Of a stretch of DNA of 64,000 nt, positions 51,444 to 63,371 are shown piece by piece; position 1 is the first letter of the stretch; each line of letters starts with the position of its first letter. The position numbers and the translations under genes were made by a program. The notes below the pieces were generated by a model. That model had not been told where the DNA came from and did not search any database. It saw nothing but the letters and a program-made list of their open reading frames with translations. This DNA comes from Rhodosorus marinus CCMP1338 (Eukaryota; Plantae; Rhodophyta), in the NCBI GenBank assembly GCA_029953675.1, contig JAMWBK010000002.1, forward strand, positions 3,224,001-3,288,000, read 5' to 3'.

Positions 51444-53381
51444 CTTCCTTGTCCACCGTCGTGGTCAAACTCGCCCCACCTCCCCACTATCCCAACCCAA
51501 AGCCTCAACAAACGCTTTACTAAACCGTAAGCACACCAAAATTTTACTAACCAATAGAAAAACAGAATACCTTCCTTATGTTCCCACAACCTTTACAACA
51601 AGTTCTTCACTCCCCTATACCCTCCCACATCCCACACCTACCTCAACCAACAGCTACCCCAACTGAAGTAATGGCTCGTCAACAGCCCACAACACATTCA
51701 GAAGCGAGGTGCTTCGAAAGTCCACCCCCACTTCAACCCCAAATTGATACCCCCAAAAGTCAAATTGCTCTAGCATTAGTTTTTGCTTGGCCAAGTATAA
51801 ATCAGGGGGAACATTCGCCAAAATGACAAAGAATCTGTTGAGAGTTGGCGAATATCGCGTCGTGGATAGTAAGATAATATGCCTCAATGTTCTTCTTATA
51901 CTAGTTTTTACTTGGCCAAAACCAATAGTAACATTGAACTGCGTAGAACTTCAAAATCCAAACCGCAAAAAGATGAAAATCTATTCAAAAAAACTACCTC
52001 GCCGCAAGATTGCAATTTTGATAATGTTTCTCTGGAAGCTTCTTTATTGCGGATTAAAGGGGTTACTCTTATTTTGCAGTAGTGAGCTTTGGTTTCAAAT
52101 AAATAATAAAATATTGGAATTTGCAAAAGCCAACGTAAACAAAGGGGGTGCAGAATAAAAGCTCTGTTATCTACCGCTCCTAGTAGTGACAGAGTTTGGT
52201 CAAGGGGGATACTCTATGTTCGTATGGTTAAATATAATGATTAAAAATAAATAATTACCAGTATGAAAACTTCTTAGAGGATAAACCCGGGGGTTACTTT
52301 GAGAGTAGCTGGACTATTGATTGACAAACGCTTATTTTGATTGATCAAATTCCAGTGCTTCAGGTCTTCTGGGATTGTGACTTGTCTTGGTGGGTTGGAT
52401 GGACTCGCGCGTTACTTTATATGGATTGGTTCTGGTTCTCCATGCCCTCCGTCAGAGCTGGCACCCTTCCAAGCTACGGAAAGAAAACTCATAAAGGAGA
52501 TAGAAGATACGAATACCGTACGAAAACAATGTCAGTGGGAAAGCTGTTTTTGGCTTGGCTTTGGCCTGTTGCTGTCCCATGTTTCTGCCTGGCCCAGGGG
52601 CATTCCTCCAACAGCGAAGGAAACAGTTGAGTCGTGGGTGTAAAACCACCAAACAGGCAAAATGCCTTCGAATAGAAGTAGCGCTATCGATTAACAGGGC
52701 GATCCTTCAAGCCCAGCGCGCTAAGCACTCACCCTGCACGGTTTCTGGTAGCGCCACGAGCACAGTGAGCTGACCAGCGTAACATCATCGTGTATCGCGA
52801 CCGTACTGAGTTGAGAAAACTTTCTCCGCAGGGCTTCCAGAAGAATTCTACGCACAAACACGGCGCATGCGGCGATCACCCAACTTCGCGATCCCCGTTG
52901 CCCTGAAGCTGAAGTTATTCCCCTCCTCAAGTCCAATGAAAAGATATACCCTCTCCCCTCCACCTAAAAGACTGTGCAAGGAGACGCAGTTGGTCAATAC
53001 TGATACAACTTTTCAACAACCCCTCCTACAGTCTTCAACCAGTCGCAACGTCAGAGATCAAGCAAACCTAGACGACAGTCGCGTGCAACGTAAAAATGTC
53101 TCCTCCCAGAGAACATGTAACGTTGGTGCCAATCTTGCATGGGATGAAAAGCGAAAAACATTCGCAGACCAGTTTCCTGCATCCTCCGGCAGCGGTCCAC
53201 TTTTTACTTGGGATGGCAATGGCTGATCTTCATGGGAAAAGACTCAGAGGGACATGAGGTATCGAGCTACTAGGGCAATCGTGAAAGCTGGTGTTCTTGA
53301 GAAGGGCCTGACTGGTACATTCTTCTGATCAGGTTGCTTTTGAAACGTTTTTCGATCGACTCTTGAGCTCAAGAGATCAAA

Positions 53382-54810
53382 ATGGGGGGCGGAGTGGACG
53401 TGCCTCGGTCGTCTTCGTACCCGATGGTGGAGGTACCTGCGGCTGTTGACATTGTCCTGTCGCAAGCGGAGAGGGTACTGGAAGGAGAGCATGTTGAACT
53501 AGAAGAAGTGGCTGACAGAGTGCTGTTTGAGGATGTCCTCGCACAAGGAGATGTACCGCCTTTTCGAGCTTCCATCAAGGATGGCTATGCAGTGGTTCAG
53601 GCTGAAGGTCCGGGAATTTATGACGTATCCGGTGAGGTGACGGCGGGAAGACAGTCCCACACAGCCGTTGGAAACGGAAAAGTTGTCTATGTGACGACTG
53701 GAGCTCCAGTACCGGATGAAGCTGATGCTGTTGTTCAGGTGGAATGGACGAAGCCCGCGGAAGAACCCGGCAAAATCGAAATCATTACAGGTGCTCCGAA
53801 AGTTGGACATGACATCCGCCCCGTGGGCACAGACGTTAAAAAGGGTCAGACGATATTATCAGCTCGAGAAGAGGTGCATATGGCGGAAGTCGGGCTTCTT
53901 GCAACCTGCAATGTTCGAAACGTCCCCGTGTATAAGAACGCTCGTGTCGCCGTGCTTTCTACTGGAGACGAGCTTGTGGAGGCCGGGGGTGAATTGGGTT
54001 TCGGAAAGATCGTGGACTCGAATAGGCCCATGCTTCTCGCAGCGGTAGGATCTGTAGGAGGAATACCAGTGGACCTTGGCATAGCTACGGATGAGGAACA
54101 AGCGGTTACCTCCGCATTTATGGAGGCGATGTTGAAGTCTGACGTCTTGATTACCTCTGGAGGCGTGTCCATGGGTAACAAGGACTTCATCAAGCCCCTC
54201 CTCGCGCGATACGGGACAGTAAGTTGGTCTGCATTTTACGTCGCCGAGGTATGACCTAATATGTTGCCCTTGTCCGAACGTAGGTACATTTCGGGAGAGT
54301 CATGATGAAGCCAGGAAAGCCGCTTACATTCGCAACAATAGAACCGAACGCCTTTAGCGAGGGAGTCCCAAGTTCCCGCAAGCTCGTAATTGGACTTCCC
54401 GGTAATCCTGTCAGTTGCTTCGTCTGTTTCCACCTAGTAGTCAGTCCCTTGATTCGAAAGCTTTCTGGGTTTCGTAGCCCTCACAACCCGAGGGTAATGG
54501 TTAGGACGAAGATGGAACTTAAGCTAGATCCTGAGAGGCCCGAGTACCATAGAGCGCTGGTATCGGTAAGTTGAACTGGGCATACTTGTTCTCGGCCTCA
54601 TTCGCGCAATGCTCAATCACGATATCATGCCTTGTCGTGTAGTGGGATGTGGGACAGCGAGCGCTCACCGCAGTGACTACGGGTATTCAGGCGAGCAGCC
54701 GGCTTCTCAGTGCCCGCTCTGCGAACGGGTTGCTCGTCTTGCCAAGGGCCGACCGAACTCTACCGGTGGGCGAGGAGGTCGAAGCCATCCTTATTGGGCA
54801 GATTCTGTGA
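53382..54810 (+). CDS. CNX1E: Molybdopterin molybdenumtransferase (MoeA / Cnx1 E domain / gephyrin E), E domain only
   Basis: PPFRASIKDGYAV, VTTGAPVPDEADAVVQVE, VAVLSTGDEL, DSNRPML, ITSGGVSMGNKDF, MKPGKPLTFA, GLPGNPVS, PERPEYHRA and TTGIQASSRLLS. Two introns; TGA at 54808-54810. Confidence 0.93.
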
Positions 54811-55221
54811 TGAAAACCTGTACACGTCGCTAAGCTTTTACTAATATTGCCAAGACGGCTGTGAAGGGCATCGACAACGCCCTCAAAACAAAACGCAATC
54901 AACAAGAGCAGCGGGGAGCCAAACCCCGCAACATCTGAAGTTTATGTGAGGTGTTACGTTAGTCTGGGCTAACCACATCCGAACAGCGATCGCTTCTTCC
55001 AAACTTCACCTTCCGACAAAACTGCTGGCCTAAAGGCATTAAAAACTTTTGACCCAAAATCGACTGATTCACTCTCTGGTCACAATCCTGCTGCCAACCG
55101 TTCCGTTACTTTCTGCAGTACTCTGTGCAGGCTGAACAATAACTTACAGCGTACTCCACGTTCACCGCAACAATCAAAAAAAGGCGTAGACACAGCGAGT
55201 GACCCACTCAGAAACCGCGTG

Positions 55222-55920
55222 CTATCGTTTCTTCTTCAGGAGCAGGTCAAAGTGGCCCTTGTGAGCAATCCCCGAGAAAAACATGCCCACAAATCCAGGA
55301 CCGAACTGCTCTTGATGGTAGCTTCTCAGAGAACTCGATTTCGAATCATAAGTGTAAACATCAATAGTAATTTTCAAAGCCTTTGCAATGCTCTTAATCT
55401 CAAGCATCCCCCACTTTTCACCCAACCAATGACCATCCCAACCTGTCTTCAGAACGCTTTGCTCAAACTCCTCAAAGCTTTCCTCGTCTTCAAGGTCCAT
55501 ATGGTACCTATGTGAGGAATTCTTCGTTGATTCCTCCTCGTAGAACTGTCTGTTTTTTCTAACCTCCTCACAAAGAATTCGACGAATATCAAAAGAGCTA
55601 TACCGCTCCTTCAAAACGTTATTTGCTCCAATCGCCAGGGTCAGAAATCCGCAGTTCCCGTTGCCAATTATTGGAGTGAAACTCAACTGCTGACCATCTC
55701 TCGTCATTCCCTTCCCAGTGGCCAGCATCCTATTTCGAAAAGCAGCAGATTCATCTCCTTCCGTTTTCGGGTTCAACAACATCTGCTCAAGCTTGAGAAA
55801 CTTCCCATTGAAAAACAGCGAGCTCCTCTCCAGCACTAAACCCCTCCCATGACCTTTCCTCTTCAAAAGCCTGTCCACGTCCACTGCTCGTGGACCTTCA
55901 CTATTCTTCTTTCCCATCAT
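55222..55920 (-). CDS. Divergent OTU-like cysteine protease, intronless, 232 aa
   Basis: PIIGNGNCGFLTLA (Cys loop), WGMLEIKSIAKALKITIDVY and HKGHFDLL (His loop). Confidence 0.72.
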   Translation of the reverse strand: MMGKKNSEGPRAVDVDRLLKRKGHGRGLVLERSSLFFNGKFLKLEQMLLNPKTEGDESAAFRNRMLATGKGMTRDGQQLSFTPIIGNGNCGFLTLAIGANNVLKERYSSFDIRRILCEEVRKNRQFYEEESTKNSSHRYHMDLEDEESFEEFEQSVLKTGWDGHWLGEKWGMLEIKSIAKALKITIDVYTYDSKSSSLRSYHQEQFGPGFVGMFFSGIAHKGHFDLLLKKKR

Positions 55921-56995
55921 ATTTCCAATCGCCTCCCCAAAACTGACCTACACTACACCATCCCTCGACCTCAAAACCAGTCCACTTTATAGAGTATCCC
56001 AAGAATACCCCTTATGCCCAAACTAAAAACGAAAAAAAAGGAACAGTAAACAAGCAAAAACCGTTTTTCTCCGTTTCTCCTCATTCACTAAACAACAAAC
56101 CCGTGTCTACTCTACTCCTTCACACTCTCCCCGACCCCGTACAAGATGCTGAGGCCTGTTTACATCGCTCCCCTTCAAGTATCTCTCAAAGCGGAACACT
56201 CGTTCCCACCCTCCATCAGTTTTCTCTTAGTTTCCATTAAATTCGAACACAAGAACTTCCATTATTAAAATTAATAAAAAAGCTTGTGATTAGACCACTG
56301 CCCTCTCTGGAAACACTATCGAGGACTGCCTATATCCAATAAAAATACTTAAGGTTGGGGAAAAGCCATAAAATATTATTATACAATATAACTTTTATAT
56401 GTTTTATATAAATAAATTATACTATTTTAGGGAATAAATTATGTTTAGGTTTATTATTGGCTTTTTAATGTTAATAGCTGGAACGGACGATTTCAACTGG
56501 TGAAAATATATTGGTTTTAGTGAGATTCTTTAAATGTTTTCCCGTTTAAGAATATCTATTGAATTTGTTTCGTTTCGACTACAGAGGAGAGGGGGATGGA
56601 GGGGGGGGAAACGGAATTCTACAATGTTTGCATTTTGTTGAAAAACATCAGATTTGTGGGACCATCTTAAAGGATTTTGGGGATGCGCTCTGTCCTCAGT
56701 TTTGAAAGAAGTATTGCGAAAGTGTCTGGATGAAAGTAATTTTCATGTTTTTTTGTCCGCTGTTGAATAGGCACAAAAAGGTGTGTTTTTGGAGGAGCTG
56801 AGTGAGCTGACATAGGAATTCGCTGCGGTGAGGAATTCTTTTTTGGGGGTTTTTGGTGGGTGTAGGGGGGGGGGGTTGGAGGAGGTATGATCAAAGCAAT
56901 CTAGGAATATAATTTATTGAGATTTGTGGACTTTTTTGGGGAGTAGTGTTTATAGGGTGGGTACCATATTAGAGGTAGTTTGGTGGCGGCGAGGG

Positions 56996-57430
56996 ATAAT
57001 GAATGTTCTTGAAAGGGTAGGGGGCCACGGAGCTTTTCGACTTCGATCTGCTTTGAATAACATGCATGCCCAGGAGAGACGAGTCAGGGATAATGAATGT
57101 TATTGAAAGGGTACCACACTCGTGGAAAAGCTCCTCTTTTGGAGTCTGGCAGCTTTTTTTCTGTCCGTCTTGGCGCCTACTATACAAGAGTCCTATTCCA
57201 CTGACTTGTCTCTCTCGGGCATGAACGCTACTGAAGGGGTGTCACATTAGTCGAAAAGCTCCGTTTTTGGACTGGCGTCTTTTTCTCTGTTCGTCTTGGC
57301 GCTTACTAGACAAGAGCCCTCTTCCACTGACTGGTGTCTCCTGGGAATGAATGTTATGGAAAGGGTATCACAATGGCCGAAAAGCTCCGTTTTTGGACTG
57401 GCAGCGGTTTCTCTGTCCGTCAAGGTGCAC
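56996..57430. repeat. Degenerate tandem array, ~126-bp unit, about 3.5 copies
   Basis: ATGAA(T/C)G starts at 56999, 57093, 57221 and 57347. Shared blocks are GAAAAGCTCC..TTTTGGA, CGTCTTGGCGC and TTCCACTGACT. Confidence 0.9.
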
Positions 57431-59178
57431 CGACTGGTCTGTCCTGTGCAGACAGATGGTCTTCACGGTTAAGAGTTTGCGTCTTCGAAGTCAATCTTGT
57501 CCTTGATAAGCACGGGGATTTTAGAGCCGATTTGGATTGTAGGCACAGTTTGATGCTTTGCTCGCGAAGGGAACCTTCAAAACTCAACCTTGGCGTCTTC
57601 CGCAGGTGCTCTGATTCTCCTCGGGAGAAACGAAGAACCTTGATCTCTCACTGCTTTGCTCAGCCGTTTGACCTCCTAGAAGGTATGCCGCTGTGCAAGG
57701 TATAAAATGTGCAAAAAAGGGGAAAAATGGAGACGAAGTGCAGTGACTCTCGGCTTCAAAATCATGCCCCTAAAAATACAGAGATCGCACACCAAACGCC
57801 TTCTCTTATAGTACTCTCAGGACTGACCCAAACAATCCCGAACCAAGAAATACTGTGTTTACTCCAGCAGGCCATCCTTTATACACACAAACAGAATCAT
57901 ATTGAAGCAACAGAGGCAATATCCTCTTCTCTCATCACTCACAACCTGCGTAGTAGCTAATGCCTTCGATCGAATTGGAAATGTTCTAATTCATTAGTAT
58001 GCATGGCATTGGAGTACCCTTCGATAGTTCTTAATCACTGTGCGAAGTCCTCAAAAACAGTTTAGTTTGTACTTCAACGAGATTCAACGTCGCTGCCAAG
58101 TATATTCACAGGAGGGATTCTGGAGAGCAACCTACCGCCTCCCTCGATCTTCAAAACGAACAGATTTTGACTGCGCTCCCGTTCTTCGTCCATTCAGATC
58201 CAACGGGTAGGCCCAGTTTCGATCTACGCTTATCGTCCACTGTAGAGTCGTCAGTCACAGAAAGGAACAATCGATAGGATCCACTGGATCGTATCAGATA
58301 CTAGCTCGTCCTCGCAGAAGTCGACGAGCGGAGTTGGATATTTGATCCAAAAGGCATGCTGAAAGGAAATATCTCCCACCCCATACAACACAAAAACAGC
58401 CATTAGATCGTATTCCAATCACTTTCGACGTCCTATCAAGCCTTCCAATTAAGTTATTCCATCTGTCCCCTTACGATTAAAACGCAAAATTACAATAATC
58501 TTCCACCAGCCGACGGGAGAAAAAACCTCAAAAAATCATAGAGTATTCCAATCAAAATTTCGCAAGAACTCCAATAGATTCCCACGAATGTAGATTTGTA
58601 TCTTCAAATATATGAAGAAAGTAACCATAGAACAACCCAACATTACGATAATACTTGATAATTATATAGATATTAAGTATCCCATTCTACCAATGAATGA
58701 GATACGTCGAACCCGATTCTAACCAATGAATATCCTCCTTTGTGTGCATTTTGATTGATTCAAGATCTCCGAAGGAAAATGCTGCAATGGAAAATTGAAG
58801 TTCCTCCTTCGCTCGTGATCACTCGATTTGGCATGGGTGAAATTTTTTAATCAACAAATTTTATTTGAGGGAAGCGGATATATCTACTGGTAAGGTTATG
58901 CGGGAGGTGAAGGGGAGAGACGGCGGAAGGGGGAGTTCTCGGTGGTGGTAGTCTTCGTTTGGCTTTTCGTTAGGGAGGGAGAGGCTGGTGGAGTTGCGTG
59001 GTCGTGCTTCGCTCTTGCTTCTATCTGACTTCCTTCCCCTTTTAGCTTTTCCTGAGTGTAGAACAGTGTAAAGGTAGTGAGGACGTTGTTTCCATTTGTG
59101 GCTGGGGGCTTGGAGTAGTACTTTAGTGCATGTTGGCTTTTTCGGCGGTGTTGAAGTGAGGGGTAGGGGTTGTGAGCG

Positions 59179-60274
59179 ATGGGTTCGAAAACGATGGACC
59201 TAGGTGGTCCGGCCATTCTGGCTGGGGGAATATCTGGAGCGCTTTCGACTTTTGCGGTTTTCCCGTTGGATTCGATAAAGTTGAGAATGCAAACGGGCAG
59301 CGCGGTTACTGGGGGGCTCTCCGCTTATTATAGGGGTGTGCTACCAGCGACTTTCGGTGCCATGCCATCGACAGCGTTGAGGATGTTTTCTTCGGATAAA
59401 GTGAAGAAGAGTTGTGAAGGTCGCATGAGAAGAATAGAGAAGAACATGGTCGCCGGTGCGGTGGGAGCTCTTGTTGGGGCGTTCGTGGTTGTGCCCCGAG
59501 AAGTTGTGAAGCAAAGCTTGCAAAATGGAACGTATGAAAATACTAGACGTGCTATTTCTGGCATAATGCGAACCGAAGGACTTCTAGGATTCGCGAAGGG
59601 TGCCTTGCCAACCTTGCTGCACGACATTCCGTTCTTTATGATCAACTCCGGAACGTTTTATTTCCTCCGTGAAGACTTGGGGGTTCCAGTTTTACCAGCA
59701 GGCATATTGGCTTCAACAGCTGCGAGCACACTTACGACACCCATGGGTAAGTGAACCTCCCATTGTCACAAGGCAAAGAGCATAGAGAGAATTTGGTGTA
59801 CCTGCTGGAGCCTTCTGACGCTTTTGGCTTGCTCATTCTTTCGGTTTCTCTAGACGTTGTTCGTGCACAAGTACTTGCAGGAAATCTTCCCTCCCAGGGC
59901 GGATTATTAGCGACCACGCGGCACCTTGTACAACAATCAGGATATGCGGGTCTCTTCCGAGGAGGCCGGATGCGCCTAGCCTCGATTGCGCCGATGTTCA
60001 CGATGATATGGCTTACCTATGATATTTTGCGCTCTGTAAGTATAGATTTTCAAGGAGACAATTAGCCTCAAAGCGCGAACGCTATGTAGAGAGATTTTTT
60101 CTCAGAATGGTTGTTAATCTTTTTTGTTTCTCTTCGGAAACACAGAAAATCGAAAACTTCAAAATGAAACCTATTATCGCACAGATTCAGCGACGGAACC
60201 CGTTCTCGCCTACTCACAATTCAGCGTTCACAATGAGGCCAGTGTCCAGGCGCGGACGGGCTATGATTTGTTAG
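59179..60274 (+). CDS. Mitochondrial carrier family (SLC25) protein, SAM-carrier-like
   Basis: Three PxD/E signature repeats: FPLDSIKLRMQ, VPREVVKQSLQ and TTPM|DVVRAQV. The last exon and stop are uncertain (60065 if unspliced, 60274 if the intron after LRS is used). Confidence 0.85.
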
Positions 60275-60523
60275 AATAGATGTATAATGACTTGTAAATT
60301 TTGCGGATAATGTATTTCGTTTTTGCTCAACCTAGCTGAGAGAGAAGGTTAATAGTTTCCAGTAGAACAACTACAACGGTTGGTCGTGAACTCGACCATC
60401 AATAAATCTATTAGATAGGACGAATAATTCTTAAGGCCCTCTAGACAGTGAACCCTCTTCGTCCAAGAACTGCAGTATCACCCTTTTTTGGCTAACGAAC
60501 AGCAATGATATTTTGCCAAAGTC

Positions 60524-61194
60524 TTACTGTTCGTTTTCCATGGTATTCTTGGAGTTGTACAGACGCTCAAGATACGACTCGAGGCTCTTCCTCCCCATGG
60601 TCTTGACCTGGTAGAACATCTCAGCCAGAGCGTACTTTCAGGAATTCTGCTTCTTGCTTTGCGCACGTTTGTCACACTACGTACCTCGGCAGTCTTCCTA
60701 GTTACAACAAATGTTCCGTTTCTGAAAGCATAGTGCATTCTAACTCGACGAACAACGTATGACGTCCCGTCGTAATCTATAATATCGCCACAGTTCAGCC
60801 GAGGGTCTAAACGAAATCGACCGAGACGTCTCGAAGGTGGTGTGAGCACATCGATATCGAAAGGCAAGAGATCTCTCCCGTCCTTGAACGGGCTCTTCTG
60901 GTTCTTCCAGCGAATCATCATTCCGTCGAGTTCGGGTATTTGATCATCCTCCGCGGAGTCATCTTCCGTGGACAACAACCTGCAGCGTTTGTCCTGAGCG
61001 ACCATGCACTTGTTTAGAATGCAAAACTTCGGGAGAGCCAAACACATCAGATAGCAAAAAAAAATTCAACGCGGAGACGAGAAACCCTGTACCTTTCTAG
61101 TCCTCGTACTCCTTGACTGAGCAGCAAGTTCATGGACCGTAGTTCTTGACCTGGTTGCCAGCGGAAACCCTTGCACAAAGCACACAACCGCCAT
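60524..61194 (-). CDS. Plastid-targeted protein of unknown function (resembles a cyanobacterial DUF6464-like family)
   Basis: Three exons: MAVVCFVQGF...RK|FCIL...LGRFRLDPRLNCGDIIDYDGTSYVVRRVRMHYAFRNGTF...AE|VKTMGRKSLESYLERLYN. Both introns are phase-0 GT-AG. The family name is from memory. Confidence 0.7.
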
Positions 61195-62993
61195 TGCTCC
61201 TTTTCCCGGCAGTACAAAACGTTTCCCTCAGCACAAAGCCCGCTCTCTTCGCCCTCCTTGGGATGAACTCATTTCCTTTGCCCTTACACAACAAATACCT
61301 AGTATTCATGTATAGTCCGACTCATGGCTATTCTACAAGTGATGTAGGAACTTGTATTCCCATGCCATGCTCATAACCATTGATCGTTTCCCCTTCTGAT
61401 TCTAAGAGGCGATCGAATGCCAGATTTCGAACCTACTGAGCGGGGGCGGGAATCAAGCTGTCGCGAAGCTCCCCACGAACATGGAAAACTAGACAAAAAG
61501 CTGCTTGTCTTCCACATTCTCAAGCTTGATGAACTAGCGCTGAGGAAGTAGAAGGGGATAACCTATAACGAACAGCAAGCCTCATCGCCTGAATCTCATG
61601 CATCTGTCTGCCTTCAACAATACAATAACTTTGCTTATTTCAGTTTTACGAAATATAATTGGACATTGGGATCTATGTAACTACGTTCAATTGGATAAAA
61701 TAGTAGATTAAGAGAAAGGTATCCAATGGACGATGGATGTTAGATTTGCTATTCTGCCCCAATCGTGCATTGAAACCGGTCAGACCGAGAACAACAATGG
61801 ACAGTTTCTATTCGTCACTAATAACAAGAGTCAGTACTTGATTCGACACAATCGAAAAGTACTCCAATCATTTCTAGACATTGGAATGCTGAACCACAGG
61901 TGTGCTCATCGACACCAAGATATTTGTACATGGTTTTACTCGATATATGTAATTGCATGCCACCGTCTGTGGATTATAAAACTATTTTAAATTCCAGGTT
62001 TCGTTCAACGATATCGCTTTTTAGGCAAATGAGAAACGATCTTTTGTCCAAGCTTGAGGCGTAAGAAGTTGAGAGGAGCTATCACCTTGCTCCGTGTTAA
62101 ACATTAGTAAATTGCGCGTTCGAATGTATCTCAACCTCTCATACGCTGCTTATCAAATGAATAAGAGACACGTGTTTAAATATCTTCTTATATATTCGAA
62201 AATATTCCGAGATATTTCTATTTGAGTGTGAATGATTGGACTATCTCTTCGTGGAAGCTTCAAGATTTTGGTGGTAAATTCTGTGTTCTACGAGGATTAC
62301 CAATATCAAGATTTTTGGGATAAACAGAGAGTCAATACTAGAAAAAGGAACACTTCCCCCTTTTTAGAAGCAGAAATTCCTAGTTCACACCCGAATAATA
62401 AGAAATGATCGCAAATCAGGGCCACCAGCCGGCTTTGCGCTGTTTTTCAAGACCAGTGGAGTTTCTTTATGTAGCTCTAGTTTTGAAGATGGAATCCCAA
62501 TTAAAAACTATTAAAGTGGACAATGTCAAATCTTAGAAATCACACGAAACTTGCACGACCCCTATGCTGACTTTTCGTCAGGGATCAGCCACTCTCTTTT
62601 TTCATATATTATTGTTGAATTTATTCGTTTGCTCAGGAATGTTATGGTTTTAGGAGGATTTTCTTTTTGGGGGTGGACTGGAAGAATGTTTATCCCCACC
62701 GCCCTGCACAGGTCTTTTGTTTGGGTTCGAGAAAAGCCCATAGAGCCAGTATTCTTGTCTTGGTGAGAGATGTGCGATGGTATATAAAGGCTGTGTACTG
62801 CTAGGGTTTCCGGAAGGGTAGGGGAGAGGGTTTAGCATAGTTGATGATAGGAAGGAGGTGAATTTATTGAAAGGAGGCGATAGGGAGTTTGGTTGATTTT
62901 ATGTAGAGAAGAGTTTCCCGAAATTCGACGGGATCGATGAGTTGAAGGAAGGTTTGTGGTTTCGGAGAGGGCTGGTTGTAAAAAGAAGAAACG

Positions 62994-63371
62994 ATGTCGT
63001 TTGGGGCGTCTTGTCGCCTGGACTTGCCGGAAAAGGTTGATACAGAGCGGGGTTTTCCCTTTCCCCACTTTGGTGGAGTTAGAGAAGGATGCTTGGGGGG
63101 CGGTAGTAAGGAGGGTTTGACGTCGTCAGCGGAGTCGGCGACAGTGGATTCTCCCCCGGTATCTCCTACATATTTAAGAAAACTAGAAGACAACTTGCGC
63201 CAGCATGCCGCGCAAGTCGATCATCCAAAGTTCCGTCTGGGTTTACGTAGGAACAGAAGAAATTTGGAAAAGCACGTTTCGTTCTCCTCGGAGGTAACTG
63301 TCGCGGAGCCAGATAGTTTGCCTGTCAATGTCGCTTATGAAGAGGAGGGAAATGACCCCCATGCCAAGTAG
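62994..63371 (+). CDS. Hypothetical 125-aa disordered protein
   Basis: ATG-to-stop ORF preceded by the G/T-rich leader typical of real genes here. Contains SPPVSPT and KHVSF. Confidence 0.5.
   Translation: MSFGASCRLDLPEKVDTERGFPFPHFGGVREGCLGGGSKEGLTSSAESATVDSPPVSPTYLRKLEDNLRQHAAQVDHPKFRLGLRRNRRNLEKHVSFSSEVTVAEPDSLPVNVAYEEEGNDPHAK

Noticed and set aside
51760-53380. Several 70-120 aa ORFs upstream of CNX1E
   Set aside because: No motifs and no consistent splice model; none resembles a MogA/G domain.
48357-54810. Desulfurase-like gene near CNX1E as a molybdenum-cofactor cluster
   Set aside because: An unrelated plastid gene intervenes, the enzyme lacks ABA3/MOSC features, and proximity in a compact genome is weak evidence.
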